The notes below the pieces were generated by a model. It worked only from the letters and a program-made list of their open reading frames with translations. It ran no database searches and was not told the DNA's origin. From an uncultured delta proteobacterium (GTDB lineage Bacteria; Desulfobacterota; Desulfobaccia; Desulfobaccales; 0-14-0-80-60-11), in the NCBI GenBank assembly GCA_963812015.1, contig CAWETI010000003.1:512001-576000 (forward strand): DNA of 64,000 nucleotides. Reading direction: 5' to 3'. The number at the start of each line of letters is the position of its first letter. The stretch's first letter is position 1. The translations under genes and the position numbers were made by a program. Below, one piece after another: positions 6,836 through 16,356 of this stretch.

Positions 6836-8851
6836 TTAATGCTCGGCGGCGGCGGCCTCTGCCATTTCCCGGCGCATATCCATGTCGTAGAGGACCCGCT
6901 CCCGGGCCTTGTCGATGCCCAGGGCTTTACGCTTGAGGTCGATGTGGGCGATCATCTTCTTGGCCATCAGTTCCGGATCGGCTTCGAAGTCCCACTTGCC
7001 GCCCAGCTCTTCTTCGATGCCCTTGAACAGGTAGTCGGTCAAGATCTCGGAGCCGGTGGTGGGCCAGGTGACGCCGAAGAGGGTGTACACCCCCGAGGCC
7101 ACGAAGTACTGGCCGATGGCGATGGCCTTTTCAGACATCCACTCCGGCGCCGCGCCCGCGGCGGGCAGATCGCTGATGTCGGTGCCCAGGCCGCCGGCCT
7201 TGACGCAGGCGGTGGCCGCCATCAGGATGCGGGAGTTGTCCACGCAGGACCCCATGTGCAGCACCGGCGGGATGCCCACGGTCTCGCAGATCTCAGCCAG
7301 ACCCGGGCCGCAGAACTTAGCGGCCTCCGGCGTCAGCAGGCCGTACTTGCCGGCGGCCATGGCGGAGCAGCCGGTGGACAGCACGATGACGTCATTCTTA
7401 ATCAGTTCCTTGATGAGGGTCAGATGGGAGCTGTCATGGGTGGTGCGGCAGTTGTTGCAGCCCACCACGCCGGCCACGCCCCGAATCCGGCCGTTGATGA
7501 CGTTGTCGTTCAGGGTGTAGTAGGAGCCCCGGATGGAGCCGCCCAGCAGATACTGGATGGTCTCGTAGCTGAAGCCCACCACCGTGGGGGTGTGGGCCGC
7601 CGGGATCATTACCGGGGCCTTGCGGTTGGGGAAGTTGTCGATGGCTTCCCGGACCACCTGGCGGGCGATGTCCAGGGCATGATGATCGTCAAAGGGGATG
7701 TGCATGGTTTCCCCGGTCATCCGGGCCCGGGGGTCGGTGGTGATCAGCTTGGTGTGGTAGCACTTGGCCACGTTGGCCAGGGATTCCATGATGCACTGCA
7801 CGTCCACCACCATGGCGTCCACCGCCCCGGTGATGATGGCCAGCTCCTGCTGGAGGTAGTTGCCGGCAATGGGAATGCCGTGGCGCATGAGGATCTCGTT
7901 GGCGGAGCAGCACATGCCGGCCAGCTGGATGCCCTTGGCGCCCTTGTTCTGGGCGTACTGGAGCAGCTCCGGCTCCTGGGAGGCCACGTAGATCATCTCC
8001 GGCAGTACCGGCTCATGGCCGTGGATGATGATATTGACATGGTCCTCTTTGAGGACGCCCAGGTTGATTTCGCCGGCCACCGGCACCGGACAGCCGAAGA
8101 TGACGTCCTGGAGGTCGGTGGAGATCATGGAACCGCCCCACCCATCGGAGAGGGCGGTGCGGCTGCACTGCTTGATGAGGTTGTGGTAGTCCTGGTCCAC
8201 GCCCATGTGGGTGCGGTGCATCAGTTCCACGATCTCGATGTCGCAGCCCCGGGGCACGATGCCGTATTTCCGCCACAGTTCCTGGCGTTTCTTGGGGGCC
8301 CGCTTGATGTTGGTGAGTTCGCCGTCCTGCTGGCCGAACTCCAACAAAATCTTATCGGCCATTTCCAGGGCGATGGCTTCCTTGGTGCGGGGCTTGGCAT
8401 CATCGCCCTCGCCCTCGGTGGTGGCCACGTCCCAATCCTTGGCGATCCGGCGCAGCTTGGCTACGTCTTTGAGCTGGTAGCCCTGGGCCTTGCCCAAGGC
8501 CACTTCCTTGAACAGTTTGGCTACGCCCCGGGAATGGTCGTTGTGGGAGGCGGACCCGGCGCAGACCATGCGGGCGAAGTTCCGGGCCACGATGGTCTCG
8601 GCGGTGGCGCCGCACAGGCCCATGCGCTGCTTCTTCTCCGCGGTGGTCTCGCCTTCCTTCTTCTTGGGCGGGGGCACCCGGCAGGGACCCTGGGCGCAGA
8701 TGCGGCAGCAGGCGCCCTCAGCCCCGATGGGGCAGGGCTTCATGGCCGCGGCCCGATCCCAAATGGTTTCAATACCGTCCGCCTGGGCCTTCTTCAGCAT
8801 CTCTTGGGTCGCGGGGTCGATGGATAGTTTTCCTAACTCTAACTCTGCCAT
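6836..8851 (-). CDS. cooS: Anaerobic Ni,Fe carbon-monoxide dehydrogenase catalytic subunit
   Basis: CPIG...CCRICAQGPC...GLCGA (D/B clusters); C-cluster ligands IHGH, GMCC, DVQC, GCNN, TGC, HMGSCVDNSR; PEWMSEKA. Confidence 0.96.
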   Translation of the reverse strand: MAELELGKLSIDPATQEMLKKAQADGIETIWDRAAAMKPCPIGAEGACCRICAQGPCRVPPPKKKEGETTAEKKQRMGLCGATAETIVARNFARMVCAGSASHNDHSRGVAKLFKEVALGKAQGYQLKDVAKLRRIAKDWDVATTEGEGDDAKPRTKEAIALEMADKILLEFGQQDGELTNIKRAPKKRQELWRKYGIVPRGCDIEIVELMHRTHMGVDQDYHNLIKQCSRTALSDGWGGSMISTDLQDVIFGCPVPVAGEINLGVLKEDHVNIIIHGHEPVLPEMIYVASQEPELLQYAQNKGAKGIQLAGMCCSANEILMRHGIPIAGNYLQQELAIITGAVDAMVVDVQCIMESLANVAKCYHTKLITTDPRARMTGETMHIPFDDHHALDIARQVVREAIDNFPNRKAPVMIPAAHTPTVVGFSYETIQYLLGGSIRGSYYTLNDNVINGRIRGVAGVVGCNNCRTTHDSSHLTLIKELIKNDVIVLSTGCSAMAAGKYGLLTPEAAKFCGPGLAEICETVGIPPVLHMGSCVDNSRILMAATACVKAGGLGTDISDLPAAGAAPEWMSEKAIAIGQYFVASGVYTLFGVTWPTTGSEILTDYLFKGIEEELGGKWDFEADPELMAKKMIAHIDLKRKALGIDKARERVLYDMDMRREMAEAAAAEH

Positions 8852-8962
8852 ATTTATACCTCCTTAACCTCAGTCATTAGAGATCTATGCAGTTATAGAC
8901 AGATTACCATCTATACATGATTAAGGCAAGATAAAATGATGCAGAATAATAAAAAAAACTGG

Positions 8963-9808
8963 TCAAGGAAGGGGTAGACGGACAACCCGGAAGCCGATAT
9001 AGCCATCCGCATACTGGGGCGGGGCGGACTGGCGGGCGGCGAGGCGCAGTTCCCGGGGGCCGGAGAGCCAGGAACCGCCTTTGAGAAGGCGGAGAATCCC
9101 GGGTTTAAAGGGGCCACCGGTGCGCAGCGGTACGTAGCGGTCCTGACACCATTCGGAGACGTTGCCGGCCAGGTCGAAGAGGCCGTAGCCATTGGGGGCA
9201 AAGGCGCCCACCGGCGCGGTAAAGCGAAACCCGGCGGCCCCGGGGAGGGGGGTGCGGAAATTGGCCCGGTAGACGCCGCCGGCATCCGGGGCTTCGGCCC
9301 CCCAGGGGTAGGGCTGGCCCACCAGGCCCCCCCGGGCCGCGGCCTCCCACTGGTCTTCGGTGGGGAGCTTATGGGTCACCCCGGTGATGTTGGTCAGCCA
9401 CCGGCAAAAGGCCACGGCGTCGTGCCAGGTGACCCCCACCACCGGCTGGTTGGGTCCATTGAGATTCTGATCCTGCCAGTAGAGAGGCGCCTGGTAACCG
9501 GTGGCCTTCAGAAACCGGCCGTACTGGGCGTTGGTGATTTCGGTCACACTGATATAAAAGGGCCGCAGGCTCACCCGGTGGGGCAGGGCCTCATCGGCAT
9601 AGCGGCCCGGCTCCTCCTCGGGAGAGCCCAAAAGATAGGCGCCGCCGGGGATGAGCCGGAAGCGGATGGACTGGGCTTCCAGGGTTTCCTGGCCCAGGGC
9701 GGACCAGATGGGCAGCAACAGCCAGCACAGCACAAGGAACAGGCATTTCGGTTTTCGTCGGTTAATTTTGCGGTAACTATCTCGAGGCAGTTTTTCGAAA
9801 CCCTTCAT
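8963..9808 (-). CDS. Exported FGE-sulfatase (SUMF1/EgtB/PvdO-like) domain protein
   Basis: PVVGVTWHDA, LPTEDQWEAAARGG, PNGYGLFDLAGNVSEW, GFRVV; signal-like N-terminus; start uncertain (ORF extends to 9886). Confidence 0.85.
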   Translation of the reverse strand: MKGFEKLPRDSYRKINRRKPKCLFLVLCWLLLPIWSALGQETLEAQSIRFRLIPGGAYLLGSPEEEPGRYADEALPHRVSLRPFYISVTEITNAQYGRFLKATGYQAPLYWQDQNLNGPNQPVVGVTWHDAVAFCRWLTNITGVTHKLPTEDQWEAAARGGLVGQPYPWGAEAPDAGGVYRANFRTPLPGAAGFRFTAPVGAFAPNGYGLFDLAGNVSEWCQDRYVPLRTGGPFKPGILRLLKGGSWLSGPRELRLAARQSAPPQYADGYIGFRVVRLPLP

Positions 9809-10134
9809 ATGGATCATATATAGCAAGTTTTGAGGCAATTGATAAGTTTCTGGCCATAGCAGTAATCCTCTATGGACTGGTCGCAATTAGCCGGGCTTGC
9901 TCTCAAGGTTAATGCCGGTTGTTTGAGCCAGCTCTCGCTCCACAAACCCGGGGACACCGTCCTACACATAGGACCTGTGCCCAAACGTAAGTCGGCTTCG
10001 AAGTGCACATTATTGTCCAGGGGACAGAGAAAACGTAGATTGTCTTGGGCCACTTCTTTAACGTATGACTAAGGTCAGACCGCCTTCAGACCTGCAATGA
10101 AGGACAATTGCCGTATAATCAAAGTAGCCTTTGG

Positions 10135-11691
10135 TCAAATATCCCAGCAGCCCACGCTCCAGTCATCGCTGCCGCTAACAACTCGCTGCCCATCGGCGGA
10201 AATGGCAACTGATGTCAACGAATTCGAGTGACCCTCAAACTGACGAATCTGGCGGCCCAAAGTGAGATCAAGCACTCGGACGAATATGCCGTCATAATTT
10301 TCTGCGACCACAACCCATCGTCCATTTGCAGAAATGGAAAAGTCATTCCACGTTTTTATATCAGACGAGAACTTTCCGGTGTCATTTCCCGTCACCAGAT
10401 CGAGGATATGTGGCGTTCCTCCCGCTACGACGATGGCTCGCCGTTCATCGGGCAGAAAGGCGACGCGCCAGATCCCGCAAGGGAAACCCTTGAAACGGTG
10501 CACCACGCTGGATGAGGCGGTGTCCCACAGCTTAACTTCAGCACCGAGGCTTCCAGTCAATGCGCGCGAACCGTCGCGGGAAAGAGCAACCGTCAGGACG
10601 GCGTCATTGTGAGTGTTACCGAAGAAGCCGCCAAGCTTGCCTATGTGCGACCCATTTTCGACGTCCCAGAGCCTCGCTGTGCAGTCCCCGCTCCCGGTCA
10701 GAACTCGCCGCCCATCAGCCGACGCCGCCAGTCGGTGGATAGTGAATGAGTGCTTTTTCAGACCAAAGATCTCGCGGCCATCGTTGCAATCCCAGACCCG
10801 CAATATACTGTCGGCACCTGCAGAAACAGCGCGTCGTCCGTCACCCAGAAATGCAACGGCACTCACGAAGCCCTTATGGCCTTCGAAGCAGAAAATTTCA
10901 CTTCCGGACTCCAGGTCCCATAGACGAACGGTTTGGTCCCATCCTCCGGAAAGTGCACGGTGACCGTCGCTAGTGATTGCGACGCTCATAATGCGCTCAG
11001 AATGGCCCTTCAGGAGACGTCCGCCTGGTGATAATGAAGGAGAGACCAAAGATGACGATGACGACGTTTCGAACTGCGGTGGAAACGGGATGATCGGCGT
11101 CTTACCCTGCTGATGCACCAGCAGTGTTGGGCAACTTTCGGTAGAAAGCACACGGTTTACCGCCTTCACGACTGCTTCGCCATGGTAGCCAGCGATTTGC
11201 TTGTCCGACCAGTCTAGGTCGCCGATAATCCAAAGATTATCCAGGTTCAATGGTGCCAAATTATACCAAAGACCGACTTCCGGTTGATCCATATTGAAGA
11301 GTTGGTGCATGATCTCTGCTCGCCTCATTGAGTTGTCGTCCGGCGCCAGCCATACCACAATGCGCCCTCTCTGCTCTGCGTGTTCGTAGATTAGTGGCAG
11401 CAACCCAAGATATATCAGGCGGTGTTTGTCCACGTCGGCAGGAAGCTCAATCGCCAGACGCCAGATCTCGAGGCCCCTACATTTTTCAAGGATCTCGGCT
11501 GCCACACGGGCGACTGCCGCCATTTCATCCGGAGGCCAGTCGCTCCTTGGATCGTCGAGCACCTTCTCCAGATAGGCCTTCATTCCCTCAATTGCCTTTT
11601 TCTGTTCGGGACTTAAGCCTGTGAAATCCATTTTCCCAAAGGTTGCCTCCAGAAAGCTTCTCAACAAGGGGTTTTTGTATTCATCTTGCAT
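10135..11691 (-). CDS. WD40-repeat protein (about 7 blades) with uncharacterised N-terminal alpha/beta domain
   Basis: Repeats GHSERIMSVA...RLWD, GHKGFVSAVA...RVWD and five more; AAGGAG RBS. Confidence 0.88.
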   Translation of the reverse strand: MQDEYKNPLLRSFLEATFGKMDFTGLSPEQKKAIEGMKAYLEKVLDDPRSDWPPDEMAAVARVAAEILEKCRGLEIWRLAIELPADVDKHRLIYLGLLPLIYEHAEQRGRIVVWLAPDDNSMRRAEIMHQLFNMDQPEVGLWYNLAPLNLDNLWIIGDLDWSDKQIAGYHGEAVVKAVNRVLSTESCPTLLVHQQGKTPIIPFPPQFETSSSSSLVSPSLSPGGRLLKGHSERIMSVAITSDGHRALSGGWDQTVRLWDLESGSEIFCFEGHKGFVSAVAFLGDGRRAVSAGADSILRVWDCNDGREIFGLKKHSFTIHRLAASADGRRVLTGSGDCTARLWDVENGSHIGKLGGFFGNTHNDAVLTVALSRDGSRALTGSLGAEVKLWDTASSSVVHRFKGFPCGIWRVAFLPDERRAIVVAGGTPHILDLVTGNDTGKFSSDIKTWNDFSISANGRWVVVAENYDGIFVRVLDLTLGRQIRQFEGHSNSLTSVAISADGQRVVSGSDDWSVGCWDI

Positions 11692-11886
11692 ACCTCTGCT
11701 CCTTTAGTAAGCCTGCGCAGTTAAGAGAATGGCAAACATTTTAAGAACCGACTGCACTCGAGTGTCCGGTGCCACAGATGCACCGAAACGCATCGGCATG
11801 TGGAAGGCTGCAGTGGTATCTCCAAATATTAGAAAATTGCTGCACCTTAGCATTTTGATGCGATCCCACATAGCGGCGGCATCATC

Positions 11887-14619
11887 TCAATGTTCGAGTA
11901 GTCTTAGCGCCTCGCCCTTATAATGCAATAGCAATGGATCGTCCGGTATATATTTTAGTCCTTCATTAAAAGTTGCCAACGCGGTTTTTGCCGATGATTC
12001 AATAAGCTGCATCAGGCCCTTCGCCAAGTATAGTCGCCCACGCTCGGGATGGCGGGCTATGATCTCTTCGCTCCACCCTAGAGCAAGCGTTATAAGCCCT
12101 TCGGCGGCTAAGTTCTTTTCCAGGTAAAGCGAAAAAAAGGCGATCAATCTTTGGTTAGCAGATTCGGCTTCCAGGAGCGAAATGCTCTTAAAGGTTGCGT
12201 TAGCCATGGCCACGGTTTCTGTGAGAATCTGCTCAATTGAATCCTGGGACAAAAAATCCGCGAGAAGGTCCAGCACTTCAGCTTTGCGGGCAAGCGCCAG
12301 CAGGGTCGCAGTAAGTTGAGCCAAAAAGTTTAGGTTTTGCGGGTGACCGCTAACAAATAACTTTTGGCAGCAGATAGCTTCATCTATTGCCATTTGATCG
12401 TCTTCCGTTGCTTCTTTTTCTCTCAGGAAAACCGCCAGATTATGCAAGGCCTTCCAGTGGTTGGGATCAATTATTAGACACTTCCGGAGATGTGCCTTTT
12501 CATTATCTTTTTGATATAGATTTGCAGCGGCCACAGACCAGTTGAACCATACTTCTGCTTCGGCAGGGTTTAGAGTCACTGAATGCTCGTAACATTGTGA
12601 AGCTTGTTCCCACTTTTCTAGTGCAGCGTACGCGCGACCTTTGCTGTTCCAAGCTGCGGCCCAGCGCGGGTTTAACACTAAGCATTCTTCCAGACAGGTC
12701 AAGGCGTCTTCCGGTCGGTTCAAGCCGAGCAGGGCATAGGCCATATTGTTCAAAATAAGGGGGTCATAGTGATCAAGATCCCTGGCACGCTCAAAACATG
12801 CCAAGGCCTCTTCATACTGCTCGACATCTGCCAGTAATCTTCCCTTTTCATTCCAGAGCCCGATTTCCTCTGGCAGGCGTTTCAACGCGTCTTCCAAAAG
12901 CCGAACCGCCTCCCCCGTTTGTCCCGTTTTTGCCAGAGCTTCTGCCTTGAGGATGAGCGTGGAAGCAGCCGTACTCGTAAGTTGGGTGTTCTCTATACTT
13001 TCTAGGTTCTTCAGGGCCTCTTGTGGCTTTCCCAAGAAGAGCTTTGTAACCGCCTCAGTCAGTTGCACACCTTCCTGGTTGAGTTTGTACTGCTCAGTTA
13101 GAGGATTGGCAGGAGGAACCGAAAACAGATGCTCGTAAATTTGTCTAATTTCGTTCTGCAATATCGCGAAGTCCGGATATCGTGCCCCGGGCTCCTTTTC
13201 CAAGCATTTCATCACTAAGTCATCTATGGCGGATGGGATTCCGGGATTAAGCTGCTTTGGGCTTTGTGGAATCTTGTGTAGATGGGATTGGAAGAATTCG
13301 GGACTGGTGCGAGGCAAGTCGAATACCGTCTTTCCGGTGAGCATTTCGTACAGCACACAACCGAAGGCGTAGATGTCGGCGCGTATGTCCAGTTGAGGGT
13401 CTCGCCGGCACTGCTCCGGCGACCTATAGACACGATTGCCAAAATCCATGTCTCCCAATGGTCTGCCGGTTTGCGTGAGATCGCGGAGTAAGGCGATGCC
13501 GAAATCAGAGATTTTCACTTGTTCGGGCGAGGCGACGAGTAGATTCGTCGGCTTCAGATCACGGTGGACGAATGCCTTGCCTAAGGCATGGAACTTGTCC
13601 GCGGCGTAGCACATCCCCGTGCAGATCTGCCAGGCAAAGGTCATAGCTCGTCGCAGATCCAATGCGGCAGTGCCGATCCATCCACTCAGGTCTGACCCGT
13701 GTTGGACATCACCCGCGACATATTCAAGGAGGAGACAAGGTCTCTCCTCAATTTCCTGCGCACCAAAAGCCCAGACAATGTTAGGGTGCTTGCCCAGTTT
13801 GACCCAGGTAGACATTTCCTGAAAAAAGAACTCCCGGTGTTCTAGGAGTAATCTTTTGGGAAGGGTTTTAATCACGCAGGGCACAACCATATCGGCGAAA
13901 TATTTACAAAAATAGATGAGGCCCATCGAACCGCGCTTCACAGCACTGATCTGAAAGCGGTTCAGGATCAGGTGTCCTGGCTGCCAAACCTCGCCCTCCG
14001 GTCCAGACAGCGGCCCAATGCGGTCGGGCCGCCCCGGGGGCGGGCTCACTTCTTCGTTGGTCGTCAAGAGTCGGCTCTTTGGTCTGGGTGAAGAAGCAGA
14101 AATTCTTTCGGCGGACGACTCGGCATCACCTTCTTTTCCGACAAACTTGTGGTGATTCCATCGTCCTTTCTGAATTACCGAACCGTCGGGAGCATACTTT
14201 GTGCCATACCCGTGGATATCATTATCGGCAAAATTGCCTTCGTACCGGATCCCGCTTGGAAAGGTGTAAACTCCCTTGCCATGACGATTGCCATTGACGA
14301 AATCGCCTTCATAGCGATAACCGGAGGTAGGAAACGTATAAGTCATTTTCCCTTTGCCAGTAAACGCACCTTTGACAAAGGAACCTTCGTACCGGCCGCC
14401 GTCATTAAAGGAGAAAACTCCTTGGCCGTGGGGCTCGCCGTTAACAAGGTCGCCTTCATAGATTCCTTTGGTTGTCTCGAGAATGCCATAGGTCTCGGCA
14501 TGTTTCTTTCCCTTCTTTTCCGGGATCGCCGGTCGGGATCCCCCTATCTGCTGGCGCGACTTTGCAAAGACCCAGATGATTATGCCTAGTACGATCAAAA
14601 GGACTATTACAACTTCCAT
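11887..14619 (-). CDS. Membrane-anchored MORN-repeat Ser/Thr protein kinase with C-terminal TPRs (frame continues to 11704 past an internal TGA)
   Basis: N-terminal TM helix; 4 MORN repeats (YEGDFVNGNRHGKG); Hanks motifs GSMG, VIK, HRDLKPTN, DFG, SPE, DIYAFG; several TPRs. Confidence 0.9.
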   Translation of the reverse strand: MEVVIVLLIVLGIIIWVFAKSRQQIGGSRPAIPEKKGKKHAETYGILETTKGIYEGDLVNGEPHGQGVFSFNDGGRYEGSFVKGAFTGKGKMTYTFPTSGYRYEGDFVNGNRHGKGVYTFPSGIRYEGNFADNDIHGYGTKYAPDGSVIQKGRWNHHKFVGKEGDAESSAERISASSPRPKSRLLTTNEEVSPPPGRPDRIGPLSGPEGEVWQPGHLILNRFQISAVKRGSMGLIYFCKYFADMVVPCVIKTLPKRLLLEHREFFFQEMSTWVKLGKHPNIVWAFGAQEIEERPCLLLEYVAGDVQHGSDLSGWIGTAALDLRRAMTFAWQICTGMCYAADKFHALGKAFVHRDLKPTNLLVASPEQVKISDFGIALLRDLTQTGRPLGDMDFGNRVYRSPEQCRRDPQLDIRADIYAFGCVLYEMLTGKTVFDLPRTSPEFFQSHLHKIPQSPKQLNPGIPSAIDDLVMKCLEKEPGARYPDFAILQNEIRQIYEHLFSVPPANPLTEQYKLNQEGVQLTEAVTKLFLGKPQEALKNLESIENTQLTSTAASTLILKAEALAKTGQTGEAVRLLEDALKRLPEEIGLWNEKGRLLADVEQYEEALACFERARDLDHYDPLILNNMAYALLGLNRPEDALTCLEECLVLNPRWAAAWNSKGRAYAALEKWEQASQCYEHSVTLNPAEAEVWFNWSVAAANLYQKDNEKAHLRKCLIIDPNHWKALHNLAVFLREKEATEDDQMAIDEAICCQKLFVSGHPQNLNFLAQLTATLLALARKAEVLDLLADFLSQDSIEQILTETVAMANATFKSISLLEAESANQRLIAFFSLYLEKNLAAEGLITLALGWSEEIIARHPERGRLYLAKGLMQLIESSAKTALATFNEGLKYIPDDPLLLHYKGEALRLLEH

Positions 14620-14632
14620 TTTTCTCCCCAGG

Positions 14633-15223
14633 TCAGGGTTTCTGCATCAGCTTCCTCATCGCGGGTGAGTCTTTCAGCGACCAAATTGCAAGCAGGACCA
14701 TCTCGAAATTCGATTCGGGATCTCGGATAATGCCATCGTCGACCAATTGTCCTGGGTACTGTTCCCTTTGCTTTGGTATCACCTCGATAAACTCTTCGAA
14801 AGAAGCTTTTGGGGATTCTTCGATAGTAATCAGGGTAGCCTGGGTGGTCATTTTGATCCCCTTCTTTTCCCACTTATCCAGCCAGGCGCCCAGCATGATA
14901 CGCCATTGCTGCGGCTTAGGCTGAAAACCATTGCCCAATATGCGAATACGCTCAGGGGACCTGGGTCCGCACAGAACTTCCTGTGCAGCATATGACTCGA
15001 TTGCATCACAGCACGAAAGGCAAAGAATCCATACGGGGGCGTGCATTTCCAAGAGAACCCAGAAGTGCTCACGCAACTGTTCAGTCGGTCTTCCTGCCGG
15101 CTCTCTACCAAGCGGGTCGTATCCCATTTGAACCGCGGAAAGTACCTTTGCGATTTCCACGCTCTTCTCGCTGCCCGGGGCAATTTCGCGGCCACACATT
15201 TCGCAAACCATCACGGATCCCAC
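14633..15223 (-). CDS. Hypothetical protein with two CxxC motifs (putative Zn-binding)
   Basis: 196 aa; CEMC and CLSC about 60 aa apart; stop 13 nt before kinase ATG with GGGGAG RBS between. Confidence 0.7.
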   Translation of the reverse strand: MGSVMVCEMCGREIAPGSEKSVEIAKVLSAVQMGYDPLGREPAGRPTEQLREHFWVLLEMHAPVWILCLSCCDAIESYAAQEVLCGPRSPERIRILGNGFQPKPQQWRIMLGAWLDKWEKKGIKMTTQATLITIEESPKASFEEFIEVIPKQREQYPGQLVDDGIIRDPESNFEMVLLAIWSLKDSPAMRKLMQKP

Positions 15224-15415
15224 CCCTGGATCTGCTGAGTGATTCGGTTATACTTTCGTTTATAGACCGGCTTCTCCTCGATTTGCCAAACTTCCGATAG
15301 ATCAGCCGATAGGTGTTACGCTATCTCTAAGTTCGAGATGGGTTTAGTCCCTAGGAATCCTTGACAGACGGGAGAAAGGTTTACTAGCGGTCAGTGGATC
15401 GCAATGATCCGATGT

Positions 15416-16063
15416 TCAAACCTGCTGGACGTACAAAGGAGTACCTATGACCAGGCGTCTGATTCTTTCCCGACCCACGCGCTTCATTTCTTGCTTGTCC
15501 GCCGCCACCGATCTAGCAAACACAGCTAAGCCCGCAACTCTTGGCAGCGCCCCGCCAGAAGAAAGAGCGTCTCGCATTATGTCTTGCCAAGCATAACTAA
15601 GGGACCAAGGCAGCGAACCGCTACTTACATCCTTTTCAAATGCCGCGAGGAATGCTCCGACTGGATCGACGGAGGGGGAAATGCGGCTTTCTGTCTTCAT
15701 CGGATAACCTATGGCGTAGCCGGCCGAGCCTGCAAGAAGCAACGCAGTGTCATTGTGCTCCAAAGCAAGCCAAAACTCTTCACCTTCGACGTGCCGTACC
15801 GCCGGACCCTCAAACTGCACCATCACGGGTGCTTCATCATCGCTAAGCTCGTGATAGTGCTTGATCGTTTGTTCCGAGTGCAAGGCCTTGATAACGCTTT
15901 TAAGATCCCTTATCAGGCTAGAATCAGCCGTACCGGACAGCGAGCCGCTGACAAAAGGAAGTTTGAACTCGAGCTTAGCTGTAATTCCTGCAAAGAAGCC
16001 AGGGGACGCATCTTTAAGGAGATCCAGCTTCGCCTTGGAAATATACCAGTAAACTTCTGACAT
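15416..16063 (-). CDS. Hypothetical protein resembling DUF7019 / SAVMC3_10250 family
   Basis: N-terminal YWYISKAKLDLL and C-terminal LVIGTPLYV, as recalled for this family; GGAGG RBS. Confidence 0.65.
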   Translation of the reverse strand: MSEVYWYISKAKLDLLKDASPGFFAGITAKLEFKLPFVSGSLSGTADSSLIRDLKSVIKALHSEQTIKHYHELSDDEAPVMVQFEGPAVRHVEGEEFWLALEHNDTALLLAGSAGYAIGYPMKTESRISPSVDPVGAFLAAFEKDVSSGSLPWSLSYAWQDIMRDALSSGGALPRVAGLAVFARSVAADKQEMKRVGRERIRRLVIGTPLYVQQV

Positions 16064-16356
16064 TGGGAACCCTCCATAGTTATCAGAGATTATGCGGCAA
16101 CCTGGCCTCCGCGGTTAAAAAAATAGTTTTGAGGACTCCGCTTCCTTGAGAGTAGTAGTGGCTTTATCCAGATAAATTTCTTATCCCACAGGTGGGCGGA
16201 TATTTCAATGGAAAGTTCTAAGGGTCAAAATAGGGGGTACGGCAGAGAAGTAGGTAATGGGGATATGGCATAAAATCGGGTACCTCTGAAGGCGTGGTTT
16301 CCGGATCAAGGGGAATTATGAAGGATACAATTCCAGAGGGTGAGGCTTCAGAAACA

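Noticed and set aside
6743..8827. Long antisense ORFs (694 aa opposite cooS, 704 aa opposite addB, 512 aa opposite mrdA and many others)
   Set aside because: Shadow frames of high-GC genes with no recognisable motifs
9880..10060. Possible decayed transposase tail at the cassette border (GVPGFVERELAQTTG on the minus strand)
   Set aside because: Too short and weak to support without a search
11887..11889. Selenocysteine at the kinase TGA
   Set aside because: The equivalent TPR position is Trp, not Cys, and the downstream hairpin lacks a convincing G-containing apical loop
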